Origin: Felis catus
Taxonomy: Eukaryota
Reading direction: 5' to 3'
Assembly (NCBI RefSeq): GCF_018350175.1
Contig: NC_058383.1
Location: 9,550,001-9,614,000 of the forward strand
Length of the DNA stretch: 64,000 nt
Shown: in pieces, positions 53,346 to 64,000 of the stretch
How the letters are laid out: every line of letters begins with the position of its first letter
How positions within the stretch are numbered: position 1 is the stretch's first letter
Made by a program: the position numbers and the translations under genes
Notes under the pieces: generated by a model
Databases searched by the model: none
What the model saw: the letters and a program-made list of their open reading frames with translations, nothing else
What the model was told of the DNA's origin: nothing

Positions 53346-54869
53346 CAGCCCTCGATCCAGTGTCTTCCCTTGTTTCTCAAAGATTGCGAAGTCATCCGAA
53401 CTACCATCGTATCGGTGGCTACTCCTCTTGGAGTCATTATATTCTGGCAGACTGTGTACATAAAGAGATCATTCCTTGTAAGGAGACATTCTTTAGGAGT
53501 ATTGTCCATAGTGGCAGACACCAGGGAGAGCATGAGCAAAATTGGCTTTCTCACGTGCCTTGTCTCCCTGCAAGGCACCTGAGGACAGAGATGGTTCACA
53601 GACACAGCGTGAGGGTTGGTGTTGAGCTAATGTGCAGGAGCCTTTCCCCAGGGATCTTGGGTGGACGGGGCATCACTCTCATCCCATTGCTCACTTCTGC
53701 TCAAGGCTTTGCGGTTTGCAAAGTGCTTTTGTGACTCATGAGTGCATGGAAGAAGAGCCTGTAGTCCAATTCCACATCCCCCCTACGGGGCAGAATCAGG
53801 GTGCTGGCTCCAGCTCTCCAGGGTACAGAGATTCCCTGCCACACACTGTCTCTTGGAACCCAGAGAGCAAGATTCCCAACTAGTCCAACGGACCCCATGA
53901 GTCTTGGGAGTCAAGTACATGAGAAGCATATGTCTGACTCCCGACCCAGAACTTCAATAGCCTTGGGCAGCCCAGAGAAGGACCTGGGGTTCTGTGACTC
54001 TAGCCTCAGGTTTTTCTGTCTTAGGGAAGAAATCCAGCTGGGTCAGTCCTCAGGAAGAATGGCCTTTCAGTTCTTCATTTAGTGAGCTCTTCAGCTACCA
54101 GATACTGTGGATCAGCAGAATCTGATCCTTCCCTGGCTTCTGTATAAGAGCTATTTCTATAAGGAGAAGGATGGGGCCTAACCTCAGGCAAGACAGGAAA
54201 ACTGGGTGGTTAGGGCTTTCTGTCTCCTTCTGCTCTGGGACTCGTTGCCTTCTTGGCCTCAGCTGTGGCCCACCTGAAATATCCTTGGGCACATACTCAG
54301 AGGACTTTCCTCCTTCTGCACCCACTTGGATTTCAGTGAGCTTCAGGTTAGCAAATATCTTCCAACCTCCCTTTCCACACCACTTTCTCCCTCCTTGCAT
54401 CTCCCGGAACTTAAGAATCCTCTTAGAGGGCTTCTCCTGGGCCCCACCCACTGGTACACAAAGCAGGCTCATGTCTACTGGGGAGAGCATCTCTTCCCAA
54501 CTCCGGTTTCAGTGACGTCAGGTTGAAAGCTTGAAATCAGCCGTGTTAGGGGTGTTTGCACCATAGGAATCAGCAAATGCTACAAATCAGAGTTCCCCCC
54601 ACAGGGCCAGTTGTTAAACATTTACCAGCACATCACTGGCCCCATCTTACCTGTCAACCAAGATCTGCCATGGTGTTTGCTGAGAATCACTGGTGTTGGT
54701 GTCAGCCACTTCCCTGTGGAGTTCTTGAGCCTTCCTCTCCAATAGGTCAGCCTGGGCCCAGGGGGCAGGCCAGCCAGGTGGTGGCAGGTGGAAATCAAGC
54801 CAGCATTCCCTGAATTAGCAAGAACAAGGGAATATGGGCAGAACATAGATAAGTTTCTGCTACAGAGTG

Positions 54870-54917
<48 letters not shown>

Positions 54918-57161
54918 TTGAGAGAGAGAGAGTCCGGGGGACAGGCATGGCATCCTTAAGCATGCTCCATACTGCCAGCACAGAGCCCAATGTGGTATTT
55001 GATCCTACAAACCTTGAGATCATGACCTGAGCCGAAATCAAGAGTTCAACACTTAACCGACTGAGCCACCCACACACCCACACCTGGTTTACTTTAATAC
55101 TTGTGGGTTTATTTCAATGTGTATTGGAGGAAATAGAGCCAGTATACTAAACCTATAATTTCATGGATATTTTTGAATGAAGTCAATTTTTTAAAGCCAT
55201 TAAGTATATGACAGATTAAGTGGTGGACAGAGATGGTAAAAATTATGGAGATGAGAGAATGGATGAAGTTGGTTGTTGGTGATGAGAACCTAGCGAAGCG
55301 TCTTAGGCAGGGGAGTGACCAGGGTTGGTTTGCATCTTAGGGTGGGGCTTTCTTGCATCCATGCGCAGAATAGCTTGGAGGAAGACAAGCTGGTAGGTAG
55401 CAGAATGGGTCTGAGGAGGAATGGAGAAGTCCAGGAGTTGTTAAATGGGTAGAATCAAGAACAGCAGAGACATTATCAGATACAGGGAGGGAGGACACCA
55501 GTGCCTTCTTTGGACGGTGAGGAATGATACACCAGTTGCATCTGGGGCAGGACAGATGAGATGCCATGTGCTACCCCAGCCCCTGCCCCCTACCTCCCAA
55601 TCTCACGTCTTCCTAGCATCTTCCAGAACTCAGCATATTCCACTGCTCATCCGGTTTCTCTCTGCCCATGCTCTTCCCCTTAAGCCTGGAATGCCCTTGA
55701 CCCCTTGTCCCTCTGGAGCTCCTGCTCCTCCTCCTCTGAAGCTTCCCTGATCCCCAGCACAGAGCTGCATCTTCCCAGAGCCCTTTGCAGTCAGGTGCCT
55801 CTCACTGGCAATGACTTCCCCTTGTTAACATTTATTGCAGGTGAGGTACCATGCCAGGAACATTACGTGCAGTGGTTCACTCTGTCTCCCCACAGTAACC
55901 TGGGAAGCAGAAGGTTTTATCTCCACTTCACAGATGACAAAACAGAGGCTAGAAAAGCCAGGATCTGAGCCCAGGCCTAATTGCCTCTACAGCCCACACT
56001 CTTAACCTCTCTGCTCCCTATGCCTTCTCACACTATACTGTGATTATGTGTTTATGTATTTCTCTTTCAGTGGACTCTGAGTTCTAATGGCATTGAGTCT
56101 AAAATGAGTCTTTCCCTCCATCCCAGAACCCCAGAGCTGGATGGAGCTTCTTTATCTGAAGCCTGAATTTCCTACTCGGAGCTCTGCCAAAAGATGCTTG
56201 CACAACCCCCCCCCCCCTCCCCCTTGGTGGGAACCTCACTATCATCCAAGGCAGTCAGATCTGTTTCTGGATGGCTTTGCCCACCACAAGATGTCTTCCT
56301 CCTTTGAGCTTTACCGCTTAACTCTGCTTCTGTTCCCCTTAACCTCCAAAGTATAGGAGGCAGCAATGACACTGAGACATACAAGGGGATCCCTGAGGCC
56401 CCTTGCTGTTCCAGTGCACTATGCAGACTGGGCCAGCTGGTTAAGCAGTGCTCTCGGGTTTAGCTGCTATCTGTCCCCTCCGGTTCCTATTAAGTTGAGC
56501 TCTTTCAAGCCTTACCATGAGGAGACGAAAGGGCAAGTTGCTCCATAGCTGCCACCCATCTCCCCTCGGGGACACACTCCTTCCAGGACCAGGCTCGGGG
56601 TGGGGGAGAAGTCGGTTTTGACAGTGGACTCACTGCTCTCCTGGTGGCGACGTCCCCCCATCCCTGCATCTGCACCTGTCGATGTCTGTGTATTGCCACG
56701 AAGCCAACTTCTCAAAAGTCCATGTGGAAACTTGGGCTCCTGAATTTCCAAGACGATTGAAGGTAACATGGTAAAGGCACCTGCATGGCTTAGTTTGTTA
56801 AGCGTTCGACTCTTGATTTCAGCTCAGGCCATGATCTCAAGGTTCATGAGATCGAGCCCCGTGTCAGGATCTGAGCTAGGCACGGAGCCTGCTCAAGATT
56901 CTCTCCCCTCTCTTCCTCTACCTCCCTCCCCCTCTCACACACTCTCCCTCTCTTTCAAATTAAAAAAAAAAAAGGTAAGATGTGCAGGCGGCTCCTCTCC
57001 TTGCCCGGGGATCAGGGGGGGCACTGTCCCCTTCTCCCACCCACTCTCCCTGCCACCCCAGATCTACTAAACGAGGGGAAATGCTTCTGCACTTGGTGCT
57101 GAGGCTGTCGCTTTGTTATCTCCAGGTAAGTGGTTCCCAGGAACACACTGTTTCCAGTGGG

Positions 57162-57196
<35 letters not shown>

Positions 57197-59569
57197 TTGG
57201 TGGGGAGGGGGGAGGGGAACACAGGTAGCAACGACACCCCCAGCCTGCTTTCCTGAATCCCCTGTGCTCCCCACCCCTGTGCCCATCTGACCACCTGGCA
57301 CCCTCGTGTCACTTCCCACTGCTTCAAACCCCCGACACTCTGTCCATCTTCAGCCACCTTCGGTTAGGAGGTTGGGACAGAAATCCAGGAGGGAGCTGAC
57401 GGAGCCTGAGGAAACGGGGTGGCAGTGAGGGTCACCTGAGGAAGAGGACTCTGCCTGTCGGAATTGGCACTGTGCAGCAGCCTGGGTCCGCCTGGCGCCG
57501 TGGCAAGGGTACAGGTTCTTTATTAGGAAGGCGTAGGACCAGCTGGGCTGCATTATGGCTTCGGGCTCTTGAGCAAAGTCACGCAGCCTCTCTGGGGCTC
57601 CGCTTCTTCCCCGCAGAATGGAGACCATAAGAGAGTCAGGTGAGAGTTTGAAGGAGCCAAGTGGGTCTTTAAGGAAATAGCCTAAGGGATGCGGGTCTAG
57701 TGTGGCGGCGACTTGCCAAGTCCTAGAACACGGGCCTGGGATAGAGTCTCTCCCTGAGGCTCAGGACCCCTCACCATCCTGGCAGGTGCGCCCTCATATT
57801 CCCATTTTGCTGCAAACGGGCCAGGCTTCCAAGAAGTTCAACGCCTTGCCCGGGACCACCAAGAGAGCAAGTAGGAGCAGGGAACAAACCCAGGAAAGTC
57901 TGCTTGTAGGGGGTGCACCATTTTCATGGCATTCTACTGTCCATGCCTGGGGATTGGGCCGGGTGGGGGCATCTGACCCCGGGTGGGGGCAATCTCTCTG
58001 GGCCTGCTACATCCTCAAAGGCTCTACTAGGACCCCCACAACTCTGAACCCCACAGCCCCAAATAGCTTCCACCCAGACCTGCTTTCCCTGATGGATTCT
58101 ACTCTTCCTTGAATGGCCCCGTCCCCACCATGCACCCGAGTTTGAAGCCTGAATGGTATCCTGGCCGCTCCTGCTCCTTCCTCAACCACCAAAGCACCGA
58201 ATCTTGTCAAATCCGCTTTCTGAGGAGTTCTCAAAAACATCCCCTTCTTTCCACCCCTCACTGCCTCCTACTGTCCCCGCCCCCTGCATCCCTCCCATAG
58301 CCTACCTGCAGCCAGAGTGGTCTCTGTAAAACTCTATAGACTTGACCAAGTCACCTCTCTTCTTTGACCTTGTACCTGTGGCCTCCCGGGTCTGGAACAC
58401 ACCTCTCAGGTCTCCACAGCTGCCCTCCCAGGCCTTCCCACCTCAATCAGCCTTACTCAACGCAGGAGGTACGTCTTCCAGAACGTGTTCTCTGTCCTCA
58501 TCTGCTCTTCAGTGTGGCCAGGTGTACTTCCTCCCCCTCTAGTTGTGATTGCTTTTGTCTCTCACAGCCCCAGGTGAGGACCCCGAGGGCAATTCACACT
58601 CAGGTGCCTCTGGTGAACAAGAAGCTGGCACACATCAGTGTTCAATGAGTGGATGGATGGTTGGATGACTGGTTTCAGTTTTATTAGTGGATGTGTGTGA
58701 GGGATTTGTTATCCCTGCCAAGAGACATATTTGCATTTTAACAAAGGAGACATTATTCAGAGGGTAACTCCATGGTCCATATCATGAAGAGGGAGAAATT
58801 TTCTCCACCCCTCAAAGCACATCCTGAAATAGCTGTCACCCAGGCCCAGGTCTTAAGAAAAAGACAACCCCAATAGGGTGGGACATACATTCCTGGTCAT
58901 TTTTCTTCATCGTTAAAGTCCATTCAAGAGACAGCAGAGCCAGAATGCCTTGAAATCCAATTTTACGGGCCCAGAAAGGCCCACTGGCCCCAAATATTTA
59001 TTCGCTCCTGTGCTGTCCAATGAAGGGGCTCAATTTGTCGGCTTATCTATTTCCCACAGGATGCTGAAGATTTGTAGGTGTGCCATGCTTCGAAGTTTAC
59101 CCAAAGCTCTCACATCCATGATTTCTTTGGATTCTCAGGACCACATGAGTCTACACCCCACCCCACCCCACTTCAGAGGTGAGGAAATCCAAGCTTGGGA
59201 GAAGTGAGTGATTTGCCCAAGTTCATGTTGCTGTTTTTTAGCAGGTCCGGGACTAGAATGTTCCAACATACCATGGCTGTTCCTCTCCTTGACCCTCAGT
59301 CCAGTTTCAAACCTTATTAGGAAGACTCGAATTTGTTTTTTATTTGCTTGTTTTAATGTCCTCCCGGCGAGTTACTGATTTTCTGTTCGTAATTAGCTAG
59401 AATGTGTGGGGAGACACAGTGAGACAATGGAAATACCCCATTTCCCATCACACTGTCACCTTAGAGCTTTAGTGTCCATGAGTGATTTTCTAGTTCTAGC
59501 ATTTTCTCTGCTTATTAGTTGGCATCCCACTGCAAGGTAGAGCTTCGTCTCCTCGCCCTGTGTTAACCT

Positions 59570-60220
59570 TCGAGGGCTGCTGTGATGAAGTACCACCAAC
59601 TTGGGGCAGGGCAGGGACCTTAAACAACAGGAATGCATGGTCTCAAAGTCTGGAGCCTGGAAGTCCAAGGTCAAGGTGTCCATAGGGATGGTTCCCATTC
59701 AGGGCTGTGAGGGAAGGCTCTGCTCCAGGCCTCTCTCCTTGGTTTGTGAATGGTCACCTTCTCCCCGTGTGTCTTCATAAGGTCTTCCCTCTATGCATGT
59801 CTATAACTGGGTCCAAATTTCCCTTTTTTAGTAAGATACCCATCATCGTGGGTTAGGGCCCATCCTGACGGCCCCATTTTAACTTGGTTATCTCTACAAA
59901 GAACCTGTCTCCAAATAAGATCACATTTGGGGTGCCTGGGTGGCTCAGTTAGTTAAGCATCTGACTTCAGCTCAGGTCATGATCTCACGGTTTGTGGGTT
60001 CATGCCCTGCATGGGGCGCTGTGTTGACAGCTCAGAGCCTGGAGCCTGCTTCGGATTCTGTGTCTCCCTCTTTCTCTGCCCCTCCCCTGCTCATGCTCTG
60101 TCTCTGTCTCTCTCAAAAATAAAACATAAAACAAACAAATAAGATCACATTCTAGAATGTGGTTATGACTCCAATATACATGCTTTTTGGTGGGGATGGG
60201 GACTCAATTCAACCCAAAAC
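59570..60220 (-). mobile_element. MLT1-type LTR split by a SINE (~59928-60135)
   Basis: gggctgctgtgatgaagtaccac...cttaaacaacag...tggagcctggaagtccaag; TSD caaataagatcacatt around the SINE. Confidence 0.8.
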
Positions 60221-61344
60221 ATATTTATGGATTCTTTTTCATGTTTCTCAGTCCATCATTATCACTATTACTGGTCAAATTGTCCCAGATTTGGCCTGTG
60301 TGAGCTCCTACAATCTGCCTTCCGTGTCCTTTTGACGTATTCCCATGGTTCTTTGAGCACTTTACTACTTTCTGGCCCAAAAAGATGTTCCAGGCCCTAC
60401 CTTCTCTGCTCCAGGACTAGATTCAGCTGTTTTTCCAAGAAGTAATGTTTTTATTAGGTCTGTTCGTCGCCACTGGTATGTCATCGTTTCTAAATGTTTA
60501 CTTACGTATACTCACTGATCCCTCTGCTTTCATTCCAACAGCCTTCCTTCCCCACCTCCATGTTCAATGGACTTCTCCAGTAGGGAGAAGCCTGGCTCCC
60601 ACTGTCTTCATTTGCAGAGGCCTCGAATCCAAGAAGCCTCTTATGGTTAAACTGTTGTCAGTCACTTATCTGTGGAGTGAATGCTTTTTTTAAATTTTTT
60701 TTAATGTTTACTTATTTTTGAGAAAGACAGAGACAGAGACTGAATGTGTGTGGGGCAGGGGCAGAGAGAGAGAGGGAGACACAGAATCCGAAGCAGGCTC
60801 CAGGCTCTGCGCTGTCAGCACAGAGCCCGATGCGGGGCTCGAACTCACTAACTTCAGGATCATGACCTCAGCTGAAGTTGGATGCTTAACCGACGGAGCC
60901 ACCCAGGCACCCCTGGAGCAAATACCTTTTTATTGCCTTTCTATAAAATAGTAGGTTTCTATAACAAGGGACAAAGGCAGTAAGGAGGTGCTGGGCCCTG
61001 AGGAGGGTTATCAGGGAAGAAAAGAAGAGAGTCACGGGGATCTGAAGCCTCCACTCTATGAGGATGGCCATGAAACCCATCAAAAGAAGACTCCTTTTCT
61101 GCCTGCTTGCCAGGAAGTGTGTGCAGGGTCGAGGAAGGACCAGGGAAAAACCCACTGCTCCCACCCACCCCTACCCTCCTATGTTCAGTTTGATAAGTCA
61201 GACTTTTGGATCAAATTCAGCCACGGGAGAGAGGCTTTGAGAATGGGTGCGTCCTCAATAAACTCATGCAGGCCACACCATTTGGGCAAATATTTTGAAA
61301 CTTCCCTCACCTTCTGCGTGCTCTTTTTTTTTTTCTTTAGCTTT

Positions 61345-63035
61345 TCATTGAGATAAAATCCACATAACACAAAATTCATCATGTTAATGCCTTTAAAGTG
61401 TGCAGTTGAGTAACATATCCACAGTTGGTACAACCTTCACCACTATTTAATTCTAGAACTTTTTTTTTAATGTTTATTTATTTTTGAGAGAGAGAGAGAG
61501 AAAGAGAGAGAAAACAGGCAGGGGAGAGGTAGAGAGAGGAGAGAGTGAATCCCAAGCAGGGTCTGCCCTACCCAGAGCAGAGCCCAAACTCACAAACCTG
61601 TGAGATCATGACCTGAGCCGAAATCAAGAGTCAGTTGCTTAACCGACTGAGCCTCCTAGGTGCCCCAATTCCAGAACATTTCTGTCACCCAAAAGAAGAA
61701 ATCCCATCCTTCTCGACTCCCTCTTTCTCCCAGCCCCTGACACCCACTAATCTACTTTAAGTCTCTGTGGATTTGTCCATTCTAAACAAATGGGATCTTC
61801 TTCTAAATGGGATCATACACTATATGACGTTTGGGGTCTGACTTCTGTCACAATAAATGTATCGGTGCTTCCTTTTTACAGCTAAATAAAATTCTACCAT
61901 ATAGATATATCATCATTGTTTATAAATTCATCATCTGATGAGCATTAGCTGGTTTCCATTTTTTGACTACTGTGAATAATATTGCTGTGGACATTCACTG
62001 GCAGAACATGAGCATGTTTTCTTTTCTCTAGAGTCTAGAGTATGTACCTTGGAGTTGAACTATTGCACCATGCTGTAACCCCATGTTTGACTTTTTGAGG
62101 AACTGCCAAACTTTTTCATAGTGGTTACACAATCTTACATTCCCAGGAACAAGGTACGAGAGTTTCCATTTCTTCCCCTGCCAATGCTTATTTTCTTTTT
62201 TTTTTTCCCATAGCCATCGATGCAAAGTGGTATCTCGTTGTGGTTTTGATTTGTATGTCCCCAATGACTAATGATTTGAGTATCTCTTTGTGTGTTTATT
62301 GGCCATGCGTATGTCTTCTTTGGAAAAATGTCTTGTCAGATTCTTCATTTATTAAAAAAAAATTTTTTTTGTCTTTATTATGGAGCTGTAAGAGCTTTCT
62401 GAAGAATCTGTCTCGATACTGGAATTACCCAATGATTTCCAAATATTTGCCCCATTATGTGAGTTGACTTTTCATCTTTTAGATGGTATCCTTTGATTTG
62501 CAAAGTTTTTTTTAATTTTTAAAAATTTTTTCTTTATTTTTGAGAAAGAGACAGAGTGCGAGTAGGAGAGGGGCAGAGAGAGAGGGAGACACAGAATCTG
62601 AAACAGGCTCTAGGCCCTGAACTGTCAGCGCAGAACCCGACATGGGGCTCGAACTCACAAATCGCAAGATCATGACCTGAGCTGAAGTCGGACGCTCAAC
62701 TGACTGAGCCATCCAAGCACCCCTGATTTGCAGTTTTTAATTTTAGTGAAGTCCAATGATTTTTTTTCTGTGCTTGCTTGTGCCCTTGGTGTTGCATCAA
62801 AGAAACTATTGCTTAATTCAAATCACTGAAGATTTACATCTATGTTTCCTTCTAAGAATTCAATAGTTTTAACTCTTACATTTATGTTGAGTTAATTTTC
62901 ATATATGGTGTGAGGTAGGGGGTCCAACTTCATTCTTTTGCATGTGGATATCCAGTTGTCCCAGCACCATTTGTTGAAAAGACTATCCTTTCCCATTGAA
63001 TGGCCTTGGTACCCCTGTCAAAAATCAATTGACTG
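61345..63035 (-). mobile_element. L1 3' fragment with SINE insertions
   Basis: ttttgaggaactgccaaac and gatatccagttgtcccagcaccatttgttgaaaagact. Confidence 0.85.
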
Positions 63036-63594
63036 GAGGCACCTGAGTGACTCAGTGGGTTAAGTGACCAACTTCTGCTCAAGTCATGATCTCACGGCTC
63101 CTGGAAGTCATTTCTTGTCCAAGCTAGCAGCCCACTTCTTCCAGTTCTTTCTCACTGGGATGTGTCTTAGAGTGTCCCCTCACCCCCTTGGCTCATGTCC
63201 ATTGGCCCCCATCACACAGCTTTGGGTTTGGTGCGACATCATTCCCCTTGGGGTGGCTCACGCAGGAGAGGCAACCAGGACAGCCACCCTCACTGCCGTT
63301 CTGCAAGGGTGGGACCACTACTCCCTGCTCCCTGCCAGGCACGACTCCATTTTCCTCACCTGCTCCTCCCCTCCCAGGTGCCCACCCGGCCTCCAACCTC
63401 TTCCTCCCTCCTCTCCGGCGCCTGTTGCCTAGGTGCACGTGGGATGGGAGAGGCCCTCAGGGGGCATCTTGGCCCCATCTCTCAGGCTCGGCTATTCCTG
63501 GGTCATTGTCACAATTGTCACAATTGTCACAATTTTTTGTCACATGTGCACGCTATTTGTCCTGTTACCTACTTTATTTATTTATTTATTTCTC

Positions 63595-63633
<39 letters not shown>

Positions 63634-63789
63634 TATATCTTTTGCTTTGTATCACGTGGTAATGTGGCTGCCACACTTGGGGAAACACAGCTCTGACCAC
63701 ATGCCACCTCTCAGATGGAGAAGCCACAGGAGGTGAGGGAGGGGCAGGGTCTGAGCTGGAGCTCAGCTGGGGTCAGGACATTTCACAGG

Positions 63790-63955
63790 GCCCCTCTTCC
63801 TTCCCTTTCCTGTCCACCTCCTTTCCTCAAGTCTACTGGGTCTGTATATGCTGTCTTGCCCTCCTCTTTCCCTCCCCTCCCCCTTTCCCTCTTCCCTCCT
63901 TCCTTCCCCTTATCCCCCTTCCTCCCCCTTTCTATTTGTGTCCTCCCTTTCTATT
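63790..63955. repeat. Polypyrimidine low-complexity tract
   Basis: Long C/T-rich runs ending shortly before ttgcag (63954-63959). Confidence 0.8.
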
Positions 63956-64000
63956 GCAGAATAGAAGCTCCTTCTTTTGCTCTAACTTTAAATTTAACGA

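Noticed and set aside
62800..63035. Similarity to 46700-46950 and, inverted, to ~19500-19640
   Set aside because: Homologous parts of independent old L1 copies, not a local duplication.

Overview
Felid (cat-like) genomic DNA, judged from roughly 75 carnivore tRNA-derived Can-SINEs counted by eye, including young feline-type copies. The only protein-coding gene I recognise is RHBDD2 (rhomboid domain-containing 2) on the minus strand. Its CpG-island promoter is at about 11.5-12.2 kb and coding exons 1-3 are at 11769-11955, 9320-9727 and 1671-1821; the last exon lies left of the window. The 7.5-kb intron 2 has a U12 (minor spliceosome) signature. The remaining ~52 kb is repeat-dense intergenic sequence (L1, MLT1/MLT2/MER LTRs, MIR, DNA-transposon relics). 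By recalled human/mouse synteny it leads toward CCL24/CCL26, but I see no chemokine coding exon in the window. Notable non-coding structure: an orphan CpG-rich RFX/CRE/CCAAT promoter at ~23 kb with a speculative chain of plus-strand exons; divergently oriented CTCF motifs; a tandem array of six perfect octamer motifs; a ~650-bp segment copied into the middle of a neighbouring SINE; a TSD-less local SINE copy; and a self-inverted ATAG/ATCT microsatellite. I found no evidence of a wholly new multi-gene system. Repeat family names and boundaries are by eye and approximate.
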